NCBI GenBank assembly: GCA_963736115.1
Contig: CAVTNR010000008.1
Span: 160,001-224,000, forward strand
Direction: 5' to 3'
Source of the DNA: an uncultured bacterium
GTDB lineage: Bacteria; Zhuqueibacterota; QNDG01; DTFT01
DNA: 64,000 nt
Made by a program: the position numbers and the translations under genes
Notes under the pieces: model-generated
What the model saw: the letters and a program-made list of their open reading frames with translations, nothing else
Database searches by the model: none
Told to the model about the DNA's origin: nothing
In this document: positions 29,606 through 38,752 of the stretch, in pieces
How positions within the stretch are numbered: the stretch's first letter is position 1
Layout: every line of letters begins with the position of its first letter

Positions 29606-30385
29606 TCAGAATCGGTTCGGGGCCTGCGGTTTTGTCCGGAAAATCGCGGCCCGGTACAGGCCGAGCCTGTGCAGCAGGTATTTTCCCATGACGCCGACGG
29701 TCTGGATGCCGTATTTCAGGGAGCGGCGGAAATTGATGGAGGAAGCATCGTCCGCGTAACGCGTGGGAATGGGGATGTCGCCGATCCGGAATCCCAGGAC
29801 CACGGCCTGGGCCAGCAGTTCGGTGTCGAATATGAAATCGTCGGAATTGCCCTGATAGGGAACCGCCTCCAGCACGCGGCGGTGATACACCCGGAAACCC
29901 GAATGGAAATCCCCGAGGTTCTGGCCGAGCACCACGTTCTCGAATATGGTGAGGATTCGGTTCGAGAGGTACTTGTACACCGGCATTCCGCCTTCCAGCG
30001 TCTCGCGGCGGGTGCGGACGCGCGATCCGATCACGATGTCGCAGATGCCGGTTTCGATGAATCCGACGGCGAAGGGAATGACCCTCGGATCGTACTGGTA
30101 GTCCGGGTGCACCATGACCACGATGTCGGCCCGGTCCGCGAGCGCGGCGTCATAGCAGGTTTTCTGGTTTCCGCCGTATCCCTTGTTCTTTTCGTGCCGG
30201 ATCACCCGTATGCCGAGCCGTTCGGCCGTGGCCACGGTGCTGTCGCGGCTCGCGTCGTCCACGAGAAGCACGCTGTCCACGCTTCCGGGAGGGATGTCGC
30301 GGAAAGTCTTTTCCACGGTCCGCTCGGCGTTGTACGCCGGCATGACGACCATGACCCTGGATTTGCGGTTGTATTCGTTCTGCAT
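29606..30385 (-). CDS. Glycosyltransferase family 2 (polyprenol-phosphate mannose synthase-like)
   Basis: VMPAYNA, VDDASRD, NKGYGGNQK, HPDYQYDP, GSR, FHSGFR. Confidence 0.92.
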   Translation of the reverse strand: MQNEYNRKSRVMVVMPAYNAERTVEKTFRDIPPGSVDSVLLVDDASRDSTVATAERLGIRVIRHEKNKGYGGNQKTCYDAALADRADIVVMVHPDYQYDPRVIPFAVGFIETGICDIVIGSRVRTRRETLEGGMPVYKYLSNRILTIFENVVLGQNLGDFHSGFRVYHRRVLEAVPYQGNSDDFIFDTELLAQAVVLGFRIGDIPIPTRYADDASSINFRRSLKYGIQTVGVMGKYLLHRLGLYRAAIFRTKPQAPNRF

Positions 30386-30515
30386 AAGCCTATTCCATTT
30401 CGGAGAAAAGTGATAAAATATAAGGTCTGGGAGGCCGATATGCAAGGAAAGTTTGTAAAAATCGGCATTTAGGCGGTGAAGCAGGGAGGACGGGGCGCGT
30501 TCAACGGAACCGCGT

Positions 30516-31082
30516 TCAGCGTATATGCAGAACCTGCCGCATGGTCGGGAGGATGAGAACCGCGGCCGCTCCGCCTGCGATCGCGGTGAACAGCTGGGGC
30601 AAGGCGAGGGCCGCTGCGGCCTGGGCCGGAACAGCCCGTCCCAGTATGAGCGGCATCCACCACGCGACCGCGGCCGCCAGCCAGGCGAATTTCACTCCAG
30701 CGGCCGGTAAAATCGCGAATGCGTCGGTCAAGCGGCTGACCGGTTTCTTTGGTGCGAGCCGCAATCTCCGGAAAGCGTGAAAGACCAGGACCAGGAGAAT
30801 ATTGCCGACAGCGATGACCGGCAGGAAAGGCCACAGCGGGGGCGGGAGCTGGCCCAGCAGGAGGGCCGGAAAAGGCGTCAGGCATCCGACTACGGCCGCG
30901 GTCCAGGGTCCGAAAAGGGCGGCGGACAGGAACAGGACGCAGTTGACAAATGTCCCGGTGACCGGCTGGGGCAGACCCAGGGCCTGGAAGGCCAGGGTCA
31001 GGCCCAGCATTACGCCGATACGGGTGATGAAAAGGGTTCCGTGTTCCGTGTTCCGGGTTCCGGGTTGAGAAGATGGTTTCAT
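30516..31082 (-). CDS. ECF transporter S component
   Basis: QPVTGTFVN, LTPFPA, PFLPVIAVGN, PQLFTAIAGG; multiple TM helices. Confidence 0.8.
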   Translation of the reverse strand: MKPSSQPGTRNTEHGTLFITRIGVMLGLTLAFQALGLPQPVTGTFVNCVLFLSAALFGPWTAAVVGCLTPFPALLLGQLPPPLWPFLPVIAVGNILLVLVFHAFRRLRLAPKKPVSRLTDAFAILPAAGVKFAWLAAAVAWWMPLILGRAVPAQAAAALALPQLFTAIAGGAAAVLILPTMRQVLHIR

Positions 31083-31270
31083 TCAAGACGACTCGTGTCT
31101 GTGACTGGTTTGAAAAACAGGGTTCCGGGTCGGGAATGAGGATTCATGACAATCCGTCCGCGGTTGAGTTTCTAAAAGTACGATGCCGAAAGTATGTCCG
31201 AAAGGCCCGCGAAAAGAAGCGGGCCATTTCGGACCTACAACTTGGAATACGGAACACGGAACTCGGAACC
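31035..31270. repeat. Heptamer inverted-repeat element H2 (GTTCCGK)n...(CGGAACN)n enclosing a family P palindrome
   Basis: Arms 31035-31066 and 31238-31270; P hairpin 31195-31238; other H2 copies at 59617-59660 and 61009-61090. Confidence 0.8.
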
Positions 31271-31277
31271 GCTGGTT

Positions 31278-31367
31278 TCACCACTCCGTCCTCACCCCGA
31301 CTGCGACATCCCTTCCCGGCCCGTCCCACCAGGTCACGCCCGAAAGCGGGTCCCGGACGCTCCGGTC
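31278..31367 (-). repeat. Orphan copy of the last 30 codons of the TonB-dependent receptor gene (direct repeat of 42715-42804)
   Basis: 79 of 90 nt identical by manual alignment; encodes DRSVRDPLSGVTWWDGPGRDVAVGVRTEW-stop. Confidence 0.93.
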
Positions 31368-33207
31368 AGGAGCCTGATGCGATCTCCCCGGCCGCAGCTC
31401 CCCATGTCGGAAAAAATACGGAATCCGTCGTCGCCGGGGCGTCCTCCGTCAGGCTTCCCCCGTATCGTTCGCGGCAAGTATGCAATATTTCCGAAAAACG
31501 GCCTTTTCCGAAGGGAGACGGAATCCGCCGGCTCTCCTGGGCGAAGGAAATGAGGATGCCGAGCCGGATGGGCCCTTTTTCCGCATATTCGAGGGCCATC
31601 CAGCGGTTTTGAGCGTCGCAGCGCGTCCGGCAGAACCGGCTTCCAAGCAGCCGCCGCGAGCGGATCCGAATCAGGTCTCTGTACAAAATCCACAGACGGG
31701 AACCCGGACTTCCTTCCGGAAAATCCCAGCGTAATTTTGAGTCCAGGAAAGTCTTTTCCGCAGCGGGGTCCGGAATCTCGGTCCAGCCGAAATGCGCGAA
31801 CTCCCGTTTTCTCCCTTCCCGGACGGCTCGGACCAGATCCGGATCGGAGTGGTCGATGAAATAATGAAAGGGCGTACGCTCGCCGTATTCCTGGCCCATA
31901 AATAAAAGCGGCGTGGCCGGGGATAACAGAAGAAGAAGGGCCGCGAGTTTCTGCTGTTCAAAATCGACCAGGGTGGAGAGCCGATCGCCCGAGGCCCGGT
32001 TGCCGACCTGGTCGTGATTCTGGACGCAGACGACGAGTTTCTCCCTGTCCAGGTCCCGGACCGGATTTCCGTGCCGTCTTCCGCGAAAGGTCGAATAGAT
32101 GCCGTCATACACAAAGCCGTCCTCGACGGCTTTGGCGATATCCCCGATTTTCCCGAAATCCTCGTAATACCCCTGCCGTTCGCCGGTGAGAACCGAATGC
32201 ACCGCATGATGAAAGTCGTCGCTCCATTGCGCCGACAATCCGTGCCCCCCCTGCGGTTCGGGGCGGATGATGCGGGAGTCGTTCAGGTCGCTTTCCGCGA
32301 TCACGTGGACGGCGCGCCCCGAATCATCCGCCAGCGCCTGAACGGCTTCGTTCAGTTCCCGCAGGATGTGCGTTGCGCTGAAATCGAAGATTCCATGAAC
32401 CGCGTCCAGCCGCAAGGCGTCGACGTGGTATTCACGGATCCAGAAGAGCGCGTTCTCGATCACGAAACGACGAACGGGATCACTCAGCCGGTCGTCGTAA
32501 TTGATCGCGTCGCCCCATGGCGTGTGGTACTTGGGCGTGAAGTACGGGCCGAAATCGTGCAGATAATTCCCCTCGGGCCCCAGATGGTTGTAAACCACGT
32601 CCAGGCAGACGGCGATCCCCCCGAGATGGCAGGCGTCGATCAGCTTTTTCAATGCATCCGGTCCCCCGTAGCTGTTCTGTACGGCGTACAGGCCGACGCC
32701 GTCATACCCCCAGTTTTTCCCGCCCGGAAACTGCGCCACCGGCATGATTTCCAGGCAGGTGATCCCCAGTCGCTGCAGATAGGGGATCTTGTCGATAATG
32801 GCCTGAAAAGTTCCCTCCGGCGAAAAAGTGCCCACGTGAACCTCGTAAAAAATCATGTCCCGAAGCGCCAGGCCTTTCCATTCATGGTCTTTCCATGAAT
32901 GCGCGCCGGGATCGACGACGGCGGAAGGGCCGTGAACGCCTTCGGGCTGAAAACGCGATGCGGGATCCGGCCGTTCCTTGACGCCGTCCAGGACATAGAC
33001 GTATTTCGCGCCCGAGAGATCCCCCGGGACCTCCACGTAAAAATATCCCTCCTGGTCCTTGGACATGGCGTGCCGGCTCCATTTTCCAGAAACGCACAGC
33101 TTGAGATCAACGGTGGAGCAAAAAGGAGCCCAGACGCGGAAGGCATACTGATGATGATCGTATCTGGCCGCACCCAGACGGCCGGCCCCGTCCGTTGCCG
33201 GTCTCAT
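31366..33207 (-). CDS. treZ: Malto-oligosyltrehalose trehalohydrolase
   Basis: FRVWAP, PDPASRFQPEGVHGPS, WGYDGV, DVVYNHLGPEGN, RLDAVH, QNHDQVGNR. Confidence 0.95.
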   Translation of the reverse strand: MRPATDGAGRLGAARYDHHQYAFRVWAPFCSTVDLKLCVSGKWSRHAMSKDQEGYFYVEVPGDLSGAKYVYVLDGVKERPDPASRFQPEGVHGPSAVVDPGAHSWKDHEWKGLALRDMIFYEVHVGTFSPEGTFQAIIDKIPYLQRLGITCLEIMPVAQFPGGKNWGYDGVGLYAVQNSYGGPDALKKLIDACHLGGIAVCLDVVYNHLGPEGNYLHDFGPYFTPKYHTPWGDAINYDDRLSDPVRRFVIENALFWIREYHVDALRLDAVHGIFDFSATHILRELNEAVQALADDSGRAVHVIAESDLNDSRIIRPEPQGGHGLSAQWSDDFHHAVHSVLTGERQGYYEDFGKIGDIAKAVEDGFVYDGIYSTFRGRRHGNPVRDLDREKLVVCVQNHDQVGNRASGDRLSTLVDFEQQKLAALLLLLSPATPLLFMGQEYGERTPFHYFIDHSDPDLVRAVREGRKREFAHFGWTEIPDPAAEKTFLDSKLRWDFPEGSPGSRLWILYRDLIRIRSRRLLGSRFCRTRCDAQNRWMALEYAEKGPIRLGILISFAQESRRIPSPFGKGRFSEILHTCRERYGGSLTEDAPATTDSVFFPTWGAAAGEIASGS

Positions 33208-36200
33208 GTTTCATCCGTGATGTTTGTCAGGAGTGCGGCTCCGTTCCAGTGAAACAGGTCGGCGGCCCTGATCACGGCGGTTTTTCCGCGCGCGATGACA
33301 TCCACGGATCCGGAGGTCATGATGTCCTTGAGTTTGCCCGGCAATTCGACGTCCTCCGGCCAGACGAGCTCCGTGCCGGTCAGAAAGTCGGCCCCGTTTT
33401 CCGCGGACGGAACAGCCGGCCACCGCGTGAAAAACCTTCCCGCAGCGGCCAACGCAAGGTGCCGGCCGCGTCTGCGGATGAAAGCGACGATACAATTTTC
33501 CCGGGGTCCCGTCACTTCCACCGGCACGTATTCCCCCCCGATGAACAGGTCCCTGTGAGCCTGACGGAACCGCAATCCGTTCAGGGTGAAGAACAGTTTG
33601 CCGGTTTTCAGGCCCTCCTCGGTCCACCGGGAAACCGTTCGCCCCCCGGGGTTTGCCCCGGACCTCTCCCCGGCGACCGAACGCAACGCCTGTTTCCGGG
33701 ATTCGAAATCAACCGGCCGGCGGTTGTCCGGGTCCACCAGGGAATAATTCCATGTTTCGTTGCCCTGATACAAGTCGACCACCCCGGGGGATGCGACCTT
33801 GAGGACGGTCGCCGAAAGCCCGTTGAGCTTCGCGTAAAACGAGATTTTCCTCTGGAACGGCAGAAAGCTTCTGTAAAAGGCGCTTTCTTTCCCCTGCAAC
33901 AGGACGGAAAAGATGAACCGCTTTACGGCTTCCTCGTACCCGGCGTCGGGCTGCACCCAATTCGTGTAGATTTTGGCTTCCCGTACGGATTTGAGCACAT
34001 ACTGCCAGATCCGTTCGATAAGCGGGTCGTTCCGGGATGCCTCGGCCTGTTCATCCGGCCAGATCCCGATCAGTGTCTGGTAGAAGAAGTATTCCGTGTT
34101 TTTCCTGGGCTCGGGATGCCCCTCGACCTCGGTTTTGAATCGGCAGTGATAACCCGCCCACTCGTGAATCCTCGCATCCCATTCGGCGGGGATTTCGCTC
34201 AGGACGTTGATCCGCATCCGGACGTCCTCGCTGCGTTTCGTGTCGTGAGTCGAGGTGGTCATCATGCTGTTCGGCCACCTCCGGTTGCGTTCGCGGTTGT
34301 GGGAATGGAAGTCGCTCCTGGAGTGGCCGAAAAAGAACGGATCCCCGCCGACTTCATTCAGAGAAACCAGACGGTTGTACACGTAGAACGAAGTGTCCTC
34401 GACTCCCTTGGCCATGATGGGTCCGGTCAGCTGCTGGAAGCGCAGTAAAAAGTCGCGATACAGTTTTTCCTCTTCGCTTCCGGGCTCGACGTTCAGGCGC
34501 AGGAGAAGCGCGTCGCGAAGAAAATCGAAAACCGCCGAGCTCAGGGCGGGCGTTTTCTTTCTGGCCTTGGCCACGGCCTCACGGATGTATCTTTCGTCTC
34601 TTTCGGACACGCTCGTGCTGGCCGGGGTGACATACGTGCGGTAGACGGGAAAACCCGCGATGACTTCCCGTATGGCGACCGTCAGGTCGTTTCGGGTATA
34701 GTCCCGGTATTTCCGGTTGGTTTCGGAAATCCGGTCCAGGCGATCGCCCAGGGCGTTGATTTCGCTGGCCATTGGAACGAGGCCGAAGAATTTTTTCTTG
34801 TTGTAAACCAGTTCGTCAAAATCGATCCGGTGTCCGATGAAGTTCCTGTAAAGCCCCGCGAAGGCCTCTTCGTGGGTCGAATCCACAAAAAGACCGTTGA
34901 GCACGTTCAGAAAATCATATCCGACAGTGCCGTGGACGTTCCAGTTCTCCGGCAACGGCTCTTTGCGGTCCAGAATCTTTTCCGCCACCACGTAAAAGGC
35001 CGTCATGGATGAAAATTCGTTGGAGAGGAGCCTGTCGATTTTATCCCGAAGGTCCTCGAGATCAAGCTCGACGGTTTCCCCGCCTTCCTCCCGGGAACGC
35101 TCCGTTTCGCCCTTCAGGATCATCTGCAGGAGATATTCCCGCTGAAGCCGCTGGAAATAGACGGGCGGGTCGTACAGCCCGTCCGGGTGATCGATCCGGA
35201 AGCCCTGAATTCTGCCTTCCTTGACCAATTGAAACAGGAATTCGTGATAATGCCTGAACACCTTCTCGTCTTCGATCCGGATCGCGGCAAGCTCGTTGAT
35301 GTCAAAAAACCGGCGGTAGTTGATTTCCTGCGAAGCCACGTTCCAGAAGGCCAGTCGATACGACTGGGCATTCAAGAGCCGATCCAGGTCGTCGAAACTC
35401 CGGGGATCCTTGATATCCCCGTTGAAATGAAGAATGCGGCTTTCGATGAAAAGCCGTACGGACTCGCAGCGATCCGCCAGAAGCCGCAGACGCTGTTTGG
35501 CGATTTCTTTTTCACGACTCCTTTCGAGAGTCCTTTCGGCTTCCGATTCGCTGGAGGCGGGCAGGTTTTTTAGCGCGGTCAGGACGCTCAAATACTCAAG
35601 ATAATCCGGATTTTCCGGGCGCATTTTTGTCCCCAGTGCGCCGTATGCGTCCGCCAGGATGAGCGCATACGTTTTAGGGTCCACCGGAAAACGGTGGTCG
35701 AAGTAGAGGAGGAAGAATTCGCCTGCCCGGTACGCGAGCCGTATTTCCTGATTCTCCAGGACGCGGCCGTAAAAATTGCCCAAAACCGGCAGCAGCACCT
35801 TTCCCCTGAGCTCCTGTTTGACGGGCGACCAATCGATGTCGAAATAGCGCGCGAACGGCGAACTGGGTCCGTTCTCCAGGACATCGTTCCACCAGGGATT
35901 GTTGTTTCCGGTCACGCCCATGTGGTTGGGCACGACGTCGACGATCTGGCCCAGGCTGTTCTCCGTCAGCGCGGCGCAGAAGGCATCGAACGCCTCGATG
36001 GGGCCGATTTCGGGATTGAGGCGGCCGGGATCGGTTATATTATAACCGTGCATGCTTCCGGGGGACGCCTGGAAATAGGGGGAGCAATAAACCGCCGCGA
36101 CGCCCAGTTCGCTGAAATACGGCGTCTGTTCCGTTGCGTCGCGGAACGTGAACGCCTGATTGAGCTGGATGCGGTAAACCGAAGCGGGAACGTAGGCTGC

Positions 36201-36308
36201 GTTGAGTCTCCGGTAGATCCACGACCGGATTTTTTCATCGCTCAGAGTTTTTCGGATCGGTTCCCTGTCAGGAGAGACGTTTTCGGCGTTTAGATGATTG
36301 TTGCGCAT
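33204..36308 (-). CDS. treY: Malto-oligosyltrehalose synthase
   Basis: YRIQ, GSMHGY, DVVPNHMG, INYRRFFDINEL, RIDHPDGL, AKGVEDT, STHDTKRSED, LVDPDNRRPVD. Confidence 0.95.
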   Translation of the reverse strand: MRNNHLNAENVSPDREPIRKTLSDEKIRSWIYRRLNAAYVPASVYRIQLNQAFTFRDATEQTPYFSELGVAAVYCSPYFQASPGSMHGYNITDPGRLNPEIGPIEAFDAFCAALTENSLGQIVDVVPNHMGVTGNNNPWWNDVLENGPSSPFARYFDIDWSPVKQELRGKVLLPVLGNFYGRVLENQEIRLAYRAGEFFLLYFDHRFPVDPKTYALILADAYGALGTKMRPENPDYLEYLSVLTALKNLPASSESEAERTLERSREKEIAKQRLRLLADRCESVRLFIESRILHFNGDIKDPRSFDDLDRLLNAQSYRLAFWNVASQEINYRRFFDINELAAIRIEDEKVFRHYHEFLFQLVKEGRIQGFRIDHPDGLYDPPVYFQRLQREYLLQMILKGETERSREEGGETVELDLEDLRDKIDRLLSNEFSSMTAFYVVAEKILDRKEPLPENWNVHGTVGYDFLNVLNGLFVDSTHEEAFAGLYRNFIGHRIDFDELVYNKKKFFGLVPMASEINALGDRLDRISETNRKYRDYTRNDLTVAIREVIAGFPVYRTYVTPASTSVSERDERYIREAVAKARKKTPALSSAVFDFLRDALLLRLNVEPGSEEEKLYRDFLLRFQQLTGPIMAKGVEDTSFYVYNRLVSLNEVGGDPFFFGHSRSDFHSHNRERNRRWPNSMMTTSTHDTKRSEDVRMRINVLSEIPAEWDARIHEWAGYHCRFKTEVEGHPEPRKNTEYFFYQTLIGIWPDEQAEASRNDPLIERIWQYVLKSVREAKIYTNWVQPDAGYEEAVKRFIFSVLLQGKESAFYRSFLPFQRKISFYAKLNGLSATVLKVASPGVVDLYQGNETWNYSLVDPDNRRPVDFESRKQALRSVAGERSGANPGGRTVSRWTEEGLKTGKLFFTLNGLRFRQAHRDLFIGGEYVPVEVTGPRENCIVAFIRRRGRHLALAAAGRFFTRWPAVPSAENGADFLTGTELVWPEDVELPGKLKDIMTSGSVDVIARGKTAVIRAADLFHWNGAALLTNITDET

Positions 36309-36389
36309 GGTGACTCCGCACGGATGAATGATAGCGTGCAATGAAAGGAACCGCCGGCGAAGATCCGGACGTCCGGTCCGTCAGGGACT

Positions 36390-38534
36390 TCAGGAATCCG
36401 CGAGTGTCCAGATGGCAAGCGAACGGTTCATCAGGCTGGTTGCCCGCCCCCCGGGGAGCGAAACGCGGCCCTGATTGGGGTCGGATGTGTCCATGACAAG
36501 CTCCCACACCCATTTCGGCCCGAAGGCGGGAAGAACGAAGGGGACATCATCGGCCGAGGCATTCATCATCAGCAGAATCGTGCTTCCCGCGATCCGGTCA
36601 CCGTATTCGTCGACTTCAGTCATGGCGTCCCCGGACATCACAACCCCTATGCATCGAACCAGTGCGGTGTTCCAGATATCGTCGGTCATTTCCCGGCCGT
36701 CGGTGTTGAGCCAGGTGATGTCCTTCACGTCCGCTCCCCGGATGAGACGTCCCTGGAAGAACTTTCGTCTGCGAAAGACCGCTTCCTGCTTCCTGAGACG
36801 GATGAGCCGACGGGTCACGTCGAGCATCTTCTCCTTTTGCGGCGTCAAGCGCCAATCCACCCAGCTCAGTTCGTTGTCCTGGCAATAGGTGTTGTTGTTT
36901 CCGCCTTGTGTGCGCCCGATCTCGTCGCCGGCCAGGATCATCGGAACACCCTGGGAGAGCAGAATCGTCGCCATCATATTCCTTTTCTGCCTTTCCCGAA
37001 GCGTCAGGATCGTCCTGTCTCCGGTGGGGCCTTCAACCCCGCAATTCCAGCTGTTGTTGTCGTCCGACCCGTCCGCGTTGTTTTCGCCGTTGGCCTCATT
37101 GTGCTTCTGGTTGTAACTGACAAGATCCTCGAGCGGAAAACCGTCGTGACAGGTGATAAAATTGATGCTCGCGTAAGGGCGCCGCCCGCTCTGTTCGTAG
37201 AGATCGCTGCTGCCGCTGAATCGCGTCGCGAATTCACCGACCTTCCCCCAGTCCCCTTTCCAGAAGCGGCGCATCAGATCCCGGTATTTGCCGTTCCATT
37301 CGGTCCATCCCACCGGGAAATTGCCGACCTGATAGCCGCCCTGTCCCAGATCCCAGGGTTCGGCGATCAACTTGACCTGAGAGAGCACCGGATCCTGCCG
37401 GATGACATCGAAAAACGCGCTCAGCTTGTCGACATCATACAGTTCCCGGGCCAGGGCGCTGGCCAGATCAAAACGGAAGCCGTCGACGTGCATCTCGAGC
37501 ACCCAATAACGCAGGCTATCCATGATCAGTTGGATGACGCGCGGCTGCTGCATGTTGAGGGTGTTGCCGCATCCGGTGAAATCCTGATAATGACGGGCGT
37601 TTTCCCGCGAAAGGCGATAGTAGACGGCGTTGTCCACACCCCGGAAGGAAAGCGTCGGGCCCAGCTGGTTGCCTTCTCCTGTATGATTGTATACGACGTC
37701 CAGGATGATCTCGATGCCCGCCTGGTGAAGGGCGCGGACCATTTGCTTGAATTCAGAAAGGCATTCCTGCGGAACCGCCGATGCGGCATACCGCGTGTCC
37801 GGCGCAAAAAAGGACAAGGTGTTGTAGCCCCAGTAATTGTTCAATCCTCTGGCGGTCAATTGCCGGTCATCGATGTGATGATGGACCGGCATGAGTTCGA
37901 CGGCCGTGATCCCCAGTTCCTTCAGGTATCGGATCACCGGTTCGGATGCCAGACCGGCATACGTTCCTCGCTGGGCGGCCGGCACGCGCGGATGCAGTTG
38001 CGTGAATCCCTTCACATGCAGCTCAAAGAGGATGGTCCGGTTCCATGGAATTCCGGGGGGGGAATCGTCCTTCCAGTCGAACGCCGGATCGACGACCACG
38101 GCCAGGGGAGCGAAAGCCGCATTGTCCCGTCCGTCGAAGGACAGGTCTCCGTTCGGATCTCCGATGGTGTAGCCGAACATTTCATCGCTCCACCTCACGC
38201 GGCGGCCGATCGCTTTGGCGTAGGGATCCAGAATGATCTTATGCGGATTGAACCGGTGCCCGTTTTCGGGCTGATACGGGCCGTGCACGCGGTATCCGTA
38301 GAGCTGTCCCGGCCGTGCATCCGGAAGGTAGCAGTGCCAGACCTGGTCTGTATTCTCCGTCATCGGAATCGTCCGGGATTCCCGATCGTCGCTTTCCGTA
38401 TCAAACAGACACAATTCGATTTTCGTCGCGTTTTCGGAATAGATGGTGAAATTGACCCCGTGACCGTCCCATGAGGCGCCCAGGGGAGCCGGGCGGCCGG
38501 GCCATACGCGTATTGCTTTCGAAGAATTATTCAT
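36390..38534 (-). CDS. glgX: Glycogen debranching enzyme
   Basis: PLGASWDG, NYWGYNT, DVVYNHTGEG, DGFRFDLA, IAEPWD, CHDGF, NNTYCQDN. Confidence 0.96.
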   Translation of the reverse strand: MNNSSKAIRVWPGRPAPLGASWDGHGVNFTIYSENATKIELCLFDTESDDRESRTIPMTENTDQVWHCYLPDARPGQLYGYRVHGPYQPENGHRFNPHKIILDPYAKAIGRRVRWSDEMFGYTIGDPNGDLSFDGRDNAAFAPLAVVVDPAFDWKDDSPPGIPWNRTILFELHVKGFTQLHPRVPAAQRGTYAGLASEPVIRYLKELGITAVELMPVHHHIDDRQLTARGLNNYWGYNTLSFFAPDTRYAASAVPQECLSEFKQMVRALHQAGIEIILDVVYNHTGEGNQLGPTLSFRGVDNAVYYRLSRENARHYQDFTGCGNTLNMQQPRVIQLIMDSLRYWVLEMHVDGFRFDLASALARELYDVDKLSAFFDVIRQDPVLSQVKLIAEPWDLGQGGYQVGNFPVGWTEWNGKYRDLMRRFWKGDWGKVGEFATRFSGSSDLYEQSGRRPYASINFITCHDGFPLEDLVSYNQKHNEANGENNADGSDDNNSWNCGVEGPTGDRTILTLRERQKRNMMATILLSQGVPMILAGDEIGRTQGGNNNTYCQDNELSWVDWRLTPQKEKMLDVTRRLIRLRKQEAVFRRRKFFQGRLIRGADVKDITWLNTDGREMTDDIWNTALVRCIGVVMSGDAMTEVDEYGDRIAGSTILLMMNASADDVPFVLPAFGPKWVWELVMDTSDPNQGRVSLPGGRATSLMNRSLAIWTLADS

Positions 38535-38752
38535 GTGTCGTCTCTCGTTGGCAGGACGGGGTGGTATCCGGGCGGGGATGGCCCCGTGTGGGACGTTCAG
38601 GGTTCCCGGAAGCGCTTCAAGCTTGCGGCTGCATTTTTGCGAAAGGGAATTATTCCCGCCTGCGGACGCGCTTCTCCAGGCCGTTTCAGTCGGTATCGGG
38701 GCGCGGCAGGACAGGATGGATCACGCCGTGCGGGTCCCTCCCGGGTGAACCC

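Noticed and set aside
31278-31367. DGR template/variable repeat pair with 42715-42804
   Set aside because: Differences are synonymous third-position changes, not adenine-specific, and there is no reverse transcriptase in the window.
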